From Lepidodermella squamata (Eukaryota > Animalia > Gastrotricha), in the NCBI GenBank assembly GCA_047495785.1, contig JBLDXI010000055.1:930001-994000 (forward strand): a stretch of DNA of 64,000 nucleotides, written 5' to 3'. Positions 21,731 through 34,934 of the stretch are shown one piece after another (position 1 is the first letter of the stretch; every line of letters starts with the position of its first letter). The notes below the pieces were generated by a model. That model was given only the letters and a program-made list of their open reading frames with translations, searched no databases and was not told the origin of the DNA. Both the position numbers and the translations under genes were made by a program.

Positions 21731-24578
21731 GCAGATATAGGATGAGGTGGCCGAAATGAGGACACCCGGCTCCCTAATTCTATCCTAATTCCGGCCAGCT
21801 GTATAGGTGACTACAAAATTAGCCATAAAAATAAAGGTAAAATCGTCCGGACTTGCGGAAACCAGCATTCGATAGCCCAACAACTACTCTATAGTTGTGT
21901 ATTAACCGAATATTTTCTGAAATTTCACCTGTCTTGCAAAGTAGGAAAAACTCAGAAAGGGCGGGATGCTCTACCTATTACAACCTCTCCCGGGCAGTGA
22001 TTTTGAGAATAATAGATGAGTGATAGATGAGTTCATTCCAACGATTCTTTTCCGTCCCATAAACGGTACCCAAAAAAACCAATTAGTAGAATTCAAGGCG
22101 GGATGCTTTAGATATTTTCATTATTCGTTCACTTTTTCTCAACTGGAGTAGGTACGTTTTATGTTCCAGTTTTGGTGACAATATAATGAAGGCGCACGTT
22201 CCCTCCTATTCCGCGCCCTATATCAAGCAACTCGCGATTTCTTAACAGATGTTGTCAATAATGGGCAAAAAAGGGGGTCATGAGACACATGAGCCTCACT
22301 CTTTTGTCCTGACTTGTCGTTACAGTTTGAGCTAAAAAAAGACTCGCGTACATGTTTTTAAGAAGAAGCCCGCCAACGCTTATAACAATCATAAACGTAC
22401 TAAATCATTCTCGATAACGCACTCAAAAAAAAAATAACAGGCCGCGATGTCGTTTTTTGCCCAGTAGACACTCATTGACCCACTAAATTATATCTACGCT
22501 CTTTCTTATTTCAAGGCGCCTGTATTGCCTGTATATTGCCTGTAAAACATTATTTTGTAGCGGCGGGCGGCTTAGGTGTTGTTACAAAACTGCTGGGTAT
22601 TAAGGGAATCGATTATTTCAAAATAATTCTTCCAACGAATTTAATAGCTCCGAAGCAGAGCTAGCGAAAGGTGCCACTAAAACATAGCAACGGTTGTCAA
22701 GGGCTGTTTGCTATTTCGTTTTCAAGTAAAACAGTATTGAAATCTTATAAAAAGGATCAGAGCCTACCATTTATTTCGCTCCTGCCTAATAATTCTAGGA
22801 TAATACCGCATAACCGCAGAATATGGAATTTCGCCCTATAATAGCTTACCGAACCATTATTATTATCATAATATTCCAATGGAGAACTCCCATGTACAGC
22901 TTATCTTTCGTTTTCGCTCCCTAGAAAATTAGAAAAAATTTCGAAAATCTTTAGCTTGCAAACGCTCGAATGTAAATAGGACAAGGGAAGATCATCGCGG
23001 GTGTTTTCGCGCTATTTTTCCACCATCGCCTAGTGCTGCTGAGCCAGTACACGAACGCGAAAACACGCGACCTTGCTCGTGCCTTATTGCACAGAGGACC
23101 GATGTCATTAAACACGTCATCGTGAGAATAACATAAAAAGTGGATTAATTCAGGTACTGGAAAAAACTTACTGACACCACACCAACAGAAGCCTTATCCA
23201 GCAACAATAATTATCCAAGAATATTCAAAAGCATCCTCAAAGTTTAGCCTATTAAGCTGAGATATCATTGGTAATTTATTACGCATGTATTCAAAAACCC
23301 CGTTGTTTCCTTAAAAAGTATACTGGACTGTTGTATTATGCCTAAAGTAACCTGTCATAACGTTAGCGTTGTTGAATAGCTCGGATTTAGCTTGTTTACG
23401 TCAGCTTATATGGTGGCAAGTATAATATCAGTTGACCAGTACCAAGTGACAAATGCGGTTTCGGTTTCTTCCGGACTTTCCAGCAAAGCGCAAAAAGAGT
23501 GTTGACTTGAAAAGAAACGAAAGAACGCCTTATTTACTTCACCCACCTAAAAACTGGCCTGAAAATGCGTAACTGGCGATCCTACTATAAGCTGTAAGGG
23601 CGTTCGAGTTGCGAAAACAGGACACATTTTCATAAATTATAAGCTAAATCTAATCGCGTGATTTATAACCACGGCGAAATTCAGCGAAGCTGACACGCGA
23701 GCCGTAAAAAAATATTGTGGCGTATTCAATTTTGTTTTTTCGCCCTTTGCGCCAGAGTTTTATGACGCGCGAAAACAACCAATTTACGTTCTTGAACTTG
23801 TAAACGACCACTGTTCAAAAATGCCGACAAAATAAGCCAATTTACGTTTACGTAACGAAATAAGATCGATGGAACCATCAACGTGGATCATTTCAACTGT
23901 CTGCTTGCTGATATCTTCAGCTATAAAATATCTATACAACATCAGGAAAATTTCGAAATTAATCGATGACTTGAACCGACATGAGGCTTAAATATATCTT
24001 GGAGTAATCCGGTGAAAATGTTAGCGATACGACGCGGGCTTTTCGTTTGAAAGAATATATTGAAATTACCGCTGAAACAATGCTAAAATTAGTTGCATAT
24101 TTTTCTATTTTTTTCGGCTAGTTGTTAGGTTGCTAGTTTTGTTACACTTAGGTTACTTATGCCTTGGGCATAACCCTAAGTTGTACTATAGGACGCGCCG
24201 CGGCTCGCAGAAAATCAGAAAAATGTGAATTGTCAAATAAGGTGCAAAGTCCAACTTTCTGAGGCTTGCGTGAATATTCACACCCTTTGGCTGACTTTGG
24301 CGTCCATTAGTGCGTCTCATTGCTTTGGGAGATATTGTTGGGCGCCAGACCATAGGGGATGACACTCGTGCCAGCATAAAAAGCACGCGACAGTGTGGAT
24401 GAAATTTTTTTCATTATCATCTCTGGTGCAAAGGATCCGCAAGCGAAGAGCCAGTTTTCAGCAAAAAGAGCGCTAAGATCTATATTTTGTTTCCATTTTA
24501 TTAATATCGAAAAACAACAGTCATGGAAGCGACCTGATTTAACCATGAAAAATCAACGGTAATTGATGGTTTTAGAGT

Positions 24579-27215
24579 TCAAGTTCTGATAGTTTTACGT
24601 TGGGCTTTAGCCATCATTTCCCGATAGTAGGCTCTCAATCGGTCTTTCTCTTTTTGCCAAGCCAAGTTGTCATCTTTCGACTGAAGAATACTTGCAGTAT
24701 CGTGATACGTCGGCATCTGTACATATTTTAAAGTAAGTAAATCGCACGTTTCAGAGAAATCAAACCTGGCTAGCAGTTAGACACTTTGCATCGCGCTCTA
24801 GGCCTTTGTTGTAGACAGCTTTGTTAACCATGACAACTTGGCAGTTGCCATTGCTGACAAAGAATATGTCAGGTTGTTTATTGACACCTAATGCTTTGGC
24901 TTGAATTCCGGTTTCTAAACTATCCTTCAACCACGGCTGAAGAGCATCAGTTACAGCAGTTTCCATGCCCTGGCAAAAAAGAGTCGATAAATTTGTCCGA
25001 AATTAGGTCAAATCGTAGGAAACTCACAAAGACAGCACCTGGCTCTGCTCTTCCTATCCTAGCAACAGTTACATTTCTCTCTCCACTGTCAGGAGTCGGG
25101 TGTGATTCGACGAAAACCAGCGGATCGTCGTCAGGCTGAATGGCCGGATAACTAATCGGCGGTATGGTTGTCGCCTCTTGAACTTTGGGATCAGTTGAAA
25201 ACGGCGTATTGCGCTGATAACGCCTCGGCACCGCCGTCAAAGCTCTGTTTCGAGGCGTTTTATCCCATGCCTCCGGCAACAGAAGCATGAACCCACTCGT
25301 ATCCGGCTCGTTATCCTGGCAGTGCTTATTCATCTTCCGCCACTCGTTTTCGGCCGGGTGTAACAGTGACAGTGTCTTCATATGCGTTTTGAACGGATCG
25401 CTGAGTTCACGCTCTTGTTTCCGGTGAGCTGACTCTTGACAAACGCCGTAAATATCTGCTGAACCCTTTTGAACAACACAGAAATATTTTGTTTTCTCCT
25501 TCGCAAGCGAGTGGCTGTCGATCATATCGGAGGCTGTCAAATTTGAGACTGCGAAATCGGAAGCTTTAGGGTCATTTTCGGCACGTTGCGGCTCTTTGCT
25601 TGCTATTATAGCGCCAGTTTGAAATGTCTGAACTTGCCACGATCTCTCGTCTGTTTTCAAATTGTCGAATTTAAAGTGTTTCAGCGTTTTGTGATCGGTG
25701 AAAGTTTGTTCAACGTCTTCAATACGGCATCGACCTAAAATAATTAAAATATAATTTTTACAGAAATTATTTTACAATTCCCAACCTTCAAGTCGATCTT
25801 TTGCTTCCAGGTAATCCTGTCTATTGATGTACAGTACCTCTGTATTGTCTTCATGCGTTACAACAGTAGCATTTCGCCGCAAATTGAGCACAACTTCGTC
25901 TTCACCGTAAATTTGCCCAATCGTAACCGATTTTTGTTCCGTTTCGCCCTCGCTCATTTTCGGCCGCAGAACTAAACTGCCCCATAGTACAATGTACCAA
26001 CCCTCAGATCTACGGCCGTATCGCGATAACACGCGGTTCTTTTCGTAAGAATCAAAAACTGCGATAGATGCGATTTCTTTTTGAAGTTGCAACGGGAAAC
26101 GGCGGAAAGACTGGAGTGTTTTAAGACATCGGACGATTTCGAGAATTTCCTCCGGCGATCGCTGGCCGACTTGCTTCATCAAAGACTGACGAGCAGCGGG
26201 TGTTAGGCACATAATGGCTGATTTTCTATCGACTCGATAATCGTTTTTGTTGAATCGCAGTTCAACGTAGGAGGATGAATCAACGGAATTGCTATCAACG
26301 GGCATTAACGTGACGAATTCGCAGCGGTCTTGAGCTTCGAGCTCTTTTTGAAACTTGCTCGAATCGGCCAGCAGCTGCTCGGACATTAAAAACCAATCTT
26401 CCTGTTTGACTTGAGCTGCAATCTCCCTGAAAAAACAGAGGAAAAGTCTATTAGGAAAATTCCGATAAATTAACGAGGTCAAAGCAAAAATAAATTAAAT
26501 TCACACGCTTTATACCAATGGCTTTCATTTGCTGTTACTCAGCATATCAAACAACTTGACAACAACAATAAAAACAAGCAATAAAACTCAATTAATCACT
26601 CAAAACTAAGTTCAAGCAACATGAATAACCCAAATCGATATCTTACTCTTCAACTGATTTTTTAACAATGCTAACAATATGGTTGTTATATGTGAAAGTT
26701 GAATGAAATCTCAAAGAAAAAAACCGAAATCTTTACCTCTTCCACATTTTGCACCAGTAGATAAGGTGACCGATAGCCCACGCCTTGCGCCGAAACATGT
26801 AGTACATGACTCGAGAGCGTTGCCGTTGAACATTGATGCCATGCCGTCGGTGAAATTCAGCCAGCGCGCTTTGTTGTTGCGCAACTGAAGATCGGCGGTG
26901 ATTAGATATTTGCCGCGTCAAACGCTGCTTCATCATTTCTCGAACCCGCGAACCTTCCTGGGTGACTTGAACCGGCGTAGGCGCCCTACTGCTGTTCGGT
27001 ACACTAAACGACCCGGCGGTTGACGGTCGCCGTCCATATGATAAATTGCTGTTAGTTCTAGTCAGCGGTAATTGCTGCTGGCCGGAGTTGGTTCTCGTTA
27101 AGGGCGATTGCTGTGACTGGGGGGTGTTCTCCACGATAACACCCAGGGCGCCGCTGTTCGTCCGGCCCAGTGGGGCACGAGGCGTTATGCTGTTAGATCT
27201 TGACAGCGGGATCAT
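24579..27215 (-). CDS. Cyclic-nucleotide-binding-domain protein (CNBD2-like), multi-exon
   Basis: WYIVLWGSL..GQIYGE..RRNATVVT..EVLYI cNMP fold; second split domain (RAEPGAVF|GME..VSNGNCQVVMV); GT-AG junctions; stop at 24579-24581. Confidence 0.75.
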
Positions 27216-27930
27216 TTTTTTCCGTTTGGGTGAAATTAATCAGGACGAAATTTGACGTCGCTTCATGATGACGAGTCTGCGAAATTAGATCTGCATTAAA
27301 AGCCACCACCTCCTCTCGCGCGAGATCAGAAAAAAAATAATCGCGATGATGATAGCACGGTGACAACAGCTCTCAAAGTGCGGCCGCCGGTATCTATAAT
27401 TTATGGCGAGAGAATCTCAATCGCCGCCCATGTTTCAATAATAGTACTAGTAATAGCAGCATGAGTGTGTTGTGTCTATGGGTTATTTATTTACCTGGAT
27501 GAAATATGAATGCACGTGCGTAATTATGCGCTGATTTCTCAATACATCCGCGCTTTTTTTAATGCTGTGCGTGCGTCAAGTTGCTTGGCAGCGAAATAAC
27601 ACTCGGCAGCATTTCGCTCGCCCGATAAAGCAGTATAGCTCGTGACGTTTTAAAAGCGATCCCGCTGCTATCGATATAGCAGGCGTGTTATAATTGGCTC
27701 CTTTTTGCGACATTTTTTCAATTCAAATGAAAAGAGAGTGCGCGAAACCACCGAAACCCTCCGGGGAGCTTTTCAAGACGAGCTAAGCTATTTTGACGCT
27801 CGTAAACAAAAAGATGTGCGTCATCATCAAAACACAGACAATTTACACCTGATAGAGAAATAAATTTAGCCCAGGTCAATTTTATTATTGCCAAGTCCAT
27901 TTACAGCCACGCATAGTTAATAATGAAATT

Positions 27931-28985
27931 TCAGGCGTGCTTGACCGGGACCGGAACAGTTGTGAGTTGTGAAAAGCCGAAGTGGGTGCCATATGCATGC
28001 TTGGCTGCGCTCATAGCCGCCTCATCTGGTGCCATTCTTGGAAGAGCAGCCTCGACGTAAAGCAGGCCTTCGCCAGTTAAAAATGACTTGAGTTCAATCT
28101 TGGCCAGGTCAATCTTCAAATCTGAAAATCACGCAAGGAATTAGCTACAAATTTCTATTGAAATTCTCTTGAAAAATATTATCAATAAAAATAAATAATT
28201 TCGGAATTTTTATGATATAAAATTACCATCAGGCAGGAAGAATTTGCGGTTGTAATGGCGCTTGACGTAGTGCTCCTGGGAAAGTTGACAGAATATTGAT
28301 AAACCCGATCAACCCAAGCCTAGCACTAATTTATTACCTTAGTGTCTTTGACCTCGTGCTCGGCTTCGACTTGAATGCACCGCTCTTTGGTGTTCAACGT
28401 GACTTTGATCTCTTCAGGCTTGAACGTGCGAAGGTCGAAGCAACAGTTCAGCCAACGATTTCCGTTAACATCGATGCGAATCGGGTTCTATAAATGAAAA
28501 ATCACAGAATCTCAGAATTGACCTTCTAGCAATTTTGCGAATTTAAAGTTAACATATTCTTAACTCACCAAAAACGAGTAGTGCTCAAGCAGGCTCGTTG
28601 GGCGGGATGGGAAGGCGCAGAGTTCGGTCGAGTATGGCTTGCCACCGTAATGATGATGTTCGGCAATGGCAGCTGGGTGTTTCATCGACGGCAATGCCGG
28701 CTCAAAGTGGTGGTGGTGGGAACGGTCGTAGCTGGACCAGGCGACGGGTGTGTTGAAAACAGTCGATGAAATAGCATGGCCAAATGGCGTCATTCCTGGT
28801 GTTGGCGGCCACGTATTAATCGGCGCTGGCCAATGCGATGGCGTCATTGGCGTATGGAAAGGAGCGTTCCACGTCGTCGGCGTGCTAGGAGCGACCCACA
28901 TTGGCGTAGCAAAACTGGTAGGAAATTGCGGCCCAAAACTAGCGGTGCCGATTGGCAGGTTCTTCATGTAGCTCGAAGGGTCCAT
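27931..28985 (-). CDS. Small heat-shock protein (alpha-crystallin domain), copy 1, 4 exons
   Basis: FDLRTFKPEEIKVTL..HYVKRHYNRKFFLP..LKSFLTGEGLLYVEAALP, C-terminal VPV; Pro/Thr/Trp-rich N-terminus. Confidence 0.85.
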
Positions 28986-29671
28986 GTTAGAAAAGCGTTA
29001 TTGAGTGAAAACGTGAATTCTCAGAATTTGAAACTATGTGAGAATTATTGGAAATAATTTGAATTTAGAGGCCGCACATGTTGCACATCAATCAAGCTCA
29101 AAAGATGAACAATCGCGTGCGTGTCAATAATAAAGCGCGTGTGCGATTGAATTTGACGAAAAATCCAAAAAATTTTGCTGTTGAAAATCTTGGCTTCAAA
29201 GACTCGGGAACAGAAGGTAGGATGCTATTATTGGAAATTGACGGAAAAACTTAATTTTGCCAACTGCTCGACTGGAACTTATGAGCCTTTGGATTGACAG
29301 AAAATTCGTTTACTATAAAGGCATGAATTCAATAAATTCTCTAAATACCAGACTCAAGTGAGGTACTGCCAGGGTGATGGTTTGGAAATCCCGCAGTGAT
29401 TGCTATTCAGTAAATTTACGATCACATCGGCGGTGACATCGATAGTTATCTCGAACTTCTTCATTTTAGGATGTGAAGATTACTGCTGTCGCTATTTTTA
29501 TAATCCGCGAATTTTTCCAGGGTCATCAAAATATCTATAAAGCATAGATGTACTAAATGATTAGCGTCAATATATCAGTTTTAAATCGCCTTGCAGAGGT
29601 CAGCGCCGCCCACCTTTAATTTCGAACGCTCAGCATTTAGGGCCCAGTCGACGCGCAGTCTGTTCTATCGC

Positions 29672-29704
29672 AGCTAGGACTGGAGCTAGGACTGGAGCTA
29701 GGAC
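29672..29704 (+). repeat. 12-bp tandem repeat (AGCTAGGACTGG) x2.75
   Basis: Direct reading. Confidence 0.85.
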
Positions 29705-29879
29705 CGCAGATCTTGTAGCCGAACCTAGCTGCGTCCAGACGCCAACCATAGCTTTCATTTGGCCCATAGTAACCTCCATCAGCCGGGTGAGAAATACGTT
29801 CACCAGGCCCGCCGTTTTACCATGGTAAACGAATGAATGATTTTAAATTAATTTCTGATATTAAATTAATATTTTTCAA

Positions 29880-30131
29880 GTGTTACATTTGACCGAATTA
29901 TGCTCAACCGAGGTGACAGTATTACGCTGTATGATGGCTACGACAATCTCGAATCATCATGGGGAATTATCAAACAATTCTCCAACGAGCGTGTGGATAC
30001 CTCTTCGAAATCGAAATCGAAATACTGCGCGTCCGGCCGCTATATATGTTCATCCTGTTCCAGTCGGATGCTGATTATGAAGACTATGGTTTTGAGCTGT
30101 ACACAAGCTATGATTACGTCAACCGGGGCTG
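29880..30131 (+). pseudogene. Frameshifted CUB-domain exon relic
   Basis: After an acceptor-like TTTTTCAAG: VTFDRIML..DSITLYDG..ASGRY, then in a shifted frame MFILFQSDADYEDYGFELY, matching the CUB consensus. Confidence 0.6.
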
Positions 30132-30711
30132 AACAGGCCAGCACTAGCATGCCCAAAGCCGATTTTATCAACATCCGAGGTGGATCCTCTATATTGTGGA
30201 TCCTCTATGAGCCGCGATAAGGTTATGGCTTGTAGTTAATCAAACTGCTTGCAGTGGGAATAAATAAATAGCCGCTGATAAGTGCTCATCAATTTAATGA
30301 GGAGTTTGAAGATATTGAAGAGTTCCATTGGCGAAAGAATGCTTGATTTTTTTGTGGCCACCCTGTGGCTAATTGAGGGGTGATGGAGGGAAACCCTGTA
30401 ACGTTGCACGGCATCCCCGAATAAAAATATTTGAAAAATTGGGTTTGATTAAAGTTCATTTTCCATATTTGGCATTCGAAGTCGAAGCTCGTGCTTTACA
30501 ACTTTTAAACGCATGGCCAATGGCCAATTGTACAAGCAATTGTAGCTATTACAAAGCATTTTTTGCTGACACGCACCGGTAATTGTTATGATCGAGCACG
30601 CGATCACGCGCTGGCCATTGTCACAGCGTATTTAAACGCTTGTGATTTTTGTACCGTTATATTCATTTCTTCGTTTTTCAATCGTCATATTAAATTATCG
30701 CTAGTTTCGAA

Positions 30712-31822
30712 ATGCCTGCTAAGAAGATTATTGCCATTGTCGGAGCCACTGGCTCTCAGGGCGGCGCCCTTCTCCGCGCCATCGTCAACGAGGGCGAAAA
30801 ATCCGAATTCGCTGTTCGCGCTATCACCCGCGATCCCAAGTCGGACAAGGTTTGCAACTTATTTTTTATTGTTTTAATGCTAATGTTATGCTTTATAATT
30901 CAGAGCCAAGCGCTGAAGAAGCTCGGCGTTGAAGTCGTTGAAGGCGATGCTAACAACGAAGAGTCGCTCGTCAAGGCGTTCGAGGGCTGCTACGGCGCCT
31001 ACTGCGTCACCTTCTTCTGGGACCACTTCAGCCCTGAAAAGGAGATGGAATCGGCTCGTGCTATGGCTAACGCTGCCAAGTAAGAACCTTAACACAAAGC
31101 CACAAAAAATCGCAACAATTTCTTTAAAAACCCAACTCAATTTTAAAATTCGTAATTTTAAGCATGATTTTTCCAATCTGTTTTTCAGAAAAACCGGTCT
31201 GAAGCACGTCGTCTGGTCGACCCTTGAAGACACCCGCAAATTCGTCCCGATCGGCACGACCATGCCGACGCTGATGGGCAAGTACAACGTGCCGCACTTC
31301 GACGCCAAGGGCGAGTGCGACCAGTACTTCGCCGAGCTGCCGGCCACCTACCTGTTGACCTCGTTCTACTGGGAGAACTTCATCTACTTCGGCTGCGGAC
31401 CTAAGAAGGGCACCGATGGCAAGCTGCACTTGAGCCTCCCGCTCGGCAAGAAGCCTATGTCTGGCATCGCTGTCGACGACATCGGCAAGTGCGCCCTCGG
31501 CATTTTCAAGCACCCCGAGTCGACCATTGGCAAGCGCATCGGCGTTGCCGGCGAGCACCTGACCGGCGCCCAGATGGCGGAGAAGCTGGGCAAGGCCCTC
31601 GAAAAGGAAGTCACCTACGACGAGGTCTCTTGGGATGCCTACCGCAAGTTCGGATTCCCTGGCGCCGATGAAATGGGCAACATGTTCCAGTTCTACCACG
31701 ACTGCGATAAGGAATTCATGGCCGCTCGCAACATCGACGAAGTTCGCAAGTACAACCCGGAGCTGATGAACCTCGACCAGTGGCTCGAGAAGAAGAAGAG
31801 CTACATTCCCATCGATGCTTAA
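30712..31822 (+). CDS. NmrA/HSCARG-family protein, copy 3 (3 exons, strong codon bias)
   Basis: Exons 30712-30849, 30904-31079, 31189-31822; VGATGSQG, WSTLEDTR, VPHFDAKGE, GNMFQF. Confidence 0.95.
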
Positions 31823-31939
31823 ACTCGATAAAAACAGTAATTTGAAGTCTTGATCAAACTGAATGATAAAATGAAGCTTTAACGGAATAAAGCCGACCGC
31901 ATTGTGTAATTTTCTTATTTTTGTCGTCTCTTTTTTTCG

Positions 31940-31958
31940 GGGTCAAATTTCTGGGTCA
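31940..31958 (+). promoter_or_regulatory. Putative nuclear-receptor DR7 element GGGTCA-n7-GGGTCA
   Basis: About 125 bp upstream of the CBR ATG; same layout at 46748-46766 upstream of the paralogue. Confidence 0.5.
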
Positions 31959-32083
31959 ACTCACAAAATTGAAGCTCACAGCCAAATAATTCATGGTAAC
32001 ACGCGCCAAGATCTCAAGATGGCGCTATTCTAAGTTTTCTCGTAGCAATTTTGAATTAGGAAAAGTTTGCAAATCGCTTTTTA

Positions 32084-32914
32084 ATGACTAGTCGAGTGGC
32101 TTTAGTAACTGGCTCTAATAAGGGCCTGTGATTTGCACTGGTTAAAAAGTTGTGCGAACGAAAACCTGAATGGACTGTTTATTTAACGGCGAGAGACAAA
32201 AGCCGAGGCGAAGCAGCCGTCGAAAAGCTTCAATCACTCGGCCTCAAGCCACGGCTTCAAGTTTTAGATGTCGAATCAGCGGCCAGCATTCAACGCCTGC
32301 GAGATTACCTCAAGTCTGAACATGGAGGTCTGGATGTTCTCGTTAACAATGCCGGCATCTCCTTCCCGCCTGACACCAAAGTTCCTTTTAGTGAACAAGC
32401 TCGCATCACTTGCAATACGAACTATTTCGCTGCCATAGCTGTTTGCAAGGCGCTGTTCCCAATTCTTCGAGACCACGCTAGAGTCGTGAATGTCTCGAGT
32501 AAAATAGGTCATCAAACGTTCGCGAAATTATCTCCCAAGCTGCAAAATGCGTTCAGAGCGTGCACAACCGTCGAAGAAGTCGACAAATTGATGTCGGATT
32601 TCGTGGCTTTGGCTGGCGAGGGTAAGCATGAGGAAGCTGGCTGGGTTTATTCAGGCTATGGAACTTCAAAAATTGGCGTGACTGTGGCGACTTATATTCA
32701 ACAGCGAATGTTCGACAGCGATAAATCAAGGAAGGATGTTGTAGTAAATGCTTGTTGCCCCGGTTGGTGTCGAACGGATTCGACTGGCAATAAAGGCGTG
32801 AAGACGGCCGACGAGGGCGCTGAGACTATGTTCGACCTAGCAACATTGCCGGCCAACATCGAGCAGCCCCGGGGTCGATTTATTAATCAGAAAAAAATTG
32901 AAGATCTGTTCTGA
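32084..32914 (+). pseudogene. CBR1-like carbonyl reductase with in-frame TGA at codon 16
   Basis: MTSRVALVTGSNKGL*FAL; TGA 32129-32131 replaces the last Gly of TGxxxGxG; rest of frame intact (NNAG, YGTSK, CCPGW). Confidence 0.85.
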
Positions 32915-33012
32915 TTTTCCACACTCATGACTTGGAAATAAAAAACAAGACTGAATAGCAAATGGTTTTTTATTGAAAGCTAAAATCGGCAATTTTCAGC
33001 TGAAAATGACGC

Positions 33013-33697
33013 TCAGCGACTTTGGCGTTTCGCACCCCAGTATGATGGCATGTATTTGCGAGGGTGAACAACTTCGGGCGTCGCGCTGATCGATGAATCA
33101 TAATCGTCTTGATACCTGGGCGGCGAAATCGGCGACATGCTTTCTTCATAAGGTCGCTTCTTGGCCCTGAATAAAACATCAGAAATAATTATTTAGCAAG
33201 AATTTCAAGACATTGTCAGCTTACATTGATTTTTTGTTGACAACAGTTACAGCTCGCTTGACGCGGTTGAGGTAACGGTTACGGCGCGGCCGCTTCGAGT
33301 TTGGCTGGCGGATCATGCCAGGAATGCGATAATAGGCGGCGATGCGTTGACGAGCGATAATCTTGGCACGTCGTTCGCCGAGAGGGCCAGTTTCGCGACC
33401 AACGTGACCCGACTCTTCTTCATCGCTTGACGTGTCGGTGTAGGTTTCGTGGCCGAACTCGTCGTAGTGATGTTGGCGGTGGCTGTCAGACAAGCCGCTA
33501 TCACTGTCGCTCGACGAACCAACAACCTTGACGGCTTCACTGATGCCATCGACAAGCTTCGGAACATTGAACTCGAGGTTCTTCACGCGACGAATGTCGG
33601 GGTTATTAGCGACAGCACGAGAGCGAGAACGGGTCATCTAAACGCACGATAAATAGATAGCAATACGAAACCTGTGAGGTCAAAGCTGAATTACCAT
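33013..33697 (-). CDS. Uncharacterised basic/acidic low-complexity protein
   Basis: Main exon 33637-33225 splices (GTAAGC..TTCAG) in frame to MAKKRPYEE..KRQSR*; possible ATG-only first exon at 33697-33695. Confidence 0.55.
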
Positions 33698-33963
33698 TTT
33701 TGCAGCTGAAATTCGAGGACGAGTTTGTCGTTAAAAAGTGGTTACCGCGAAAGCAAAAACGTTTAAAATGAGCGATTTGCAATAAAAACAAGTTTTTAAC
33801 GCAAATTTTAAGTTGGATATTTTATTTTCTCAAAATTAATACGAAATTTACAGTTTTCTATCATTATGAATGTTACAAACGGAGAGTTTAAAGCAAAAGC
33901 AAGTTTGATATCGTGATCAGTCCACTTCTTACTCCGCTTCAGTATCATAGTGATTGCTCAGAT

Positions 33964-34934
33964 CTAGAACCAAACGAAATCTTTATCGCTAACAGGCAGC
34001 GCAGGTGTCGTCAGATCAGGGCCACGGTAGAGTGGTACGATTTTATTCGGGTTGATCTGGTGCATGCTGAGGAAAGATCCAACCACAACTTGATCCATAT
34101 CCAGCGCGTAGGCCACGCCAGGAAGCTGTGCGATTTTCTTCATCCATCTGAAGATATTTGGGTAGTCCTTCTCATCACGCAGCGACTTCAAATTGACCTT
34201 GCAAAGTGTCTCATAAATAGCCGGAATGCGGACAATCCACGGGAAAATCAGAAGGTCAATGGCAGTCAGAGCATCGCCAGCAATGAACTGGTGCTTGCCG
34301 AGTAAATCGTTCAAACTATCGAGCGTCTTGAAAAACGATTTCACGGCATCTTCGTACTCTTCCTGTGTCTTGGCGAACCCAGCGCGATATGACTTCATCG
34401 CCATGTCGCCCATCAGCCATGGCAGAAGCTCTTTCTCAATCTTGTCGGCAACATTGCCGGGGTAGAGGTCGATTTGCTTGCCGCCAATAACGCCGTTAAA
34501 CGCCGTGTTGAACATGCGGACAATATCGGCTGATTCATTGTTAACAATTTGCTTCGTCTTTGTGTCAAAGAGAACTGGTACAGAAACAGCGCCATCATAG
34601 CCGGGCTTGCTTAGATGGTAGATCTCTTTCAGGAACTTGGCATTTATGACAGGATCAACGCCTAGTTTCGCATCAAAGGCCCATCCATTATCAGGATCTC
34701 GGGCGGAGCTCAAAACAATGACTTTGACTACTCCGTCAAGTTTCTTAACAGCCCGAGCGAGCAAGGTTCGGTGGGCCTGGGCAACAATAAAGATTTGCAC
34801 GCAAAATTAAGGCAAGAAAAACTATAGCTTACGAATGGGCAGACAAGAGCGACGTACAAGATGTAACGATCCGCTTCAGGCTTGAAGGTTGGATGATCGT
34901 TTGAGATGAATTCACGGAATTGTCCAGCTGCCAT
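33964..34934 (-). CDS. Glutathionyl-hydroquinone reductase (Xi-class GST, YqjG/ECM4-like), copy 1
   Basis: RYILYVALVCPF|AHR (intron 34832-34777), SVPVLFD, IVNNESADI, YRAGFAKTQEEY, YPNI, INPNKIVP. Confidence 0.92.

Noticed and set aside
21800-24100. Hidden gene in the ORF-free stretch
   Set aside because: No consistent exon chain or recognisable motif in the frames I read; left unannotated.
24147-24180. Hairpin CTTAGG..TTATGCC-TTG-GGCATAA..CCTAAG as a Helitron/Helentron end
   Set aside because: No canonical CTRR|T junction or matching other end found.
31124-31699. Long antisense ORFs over NmrA3 and the sHSPs (also 57882-58532, 60622-61242, 20119-20865)
   Set aside because: Explained by codon bias of the sense genes; no independent motifs.
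32129-32131. In-frame TGA as selenocysteine
   Set aside because: Aligns to Gly of TGxxxGxG in both paralogues, not Cys; no evident SECIS.
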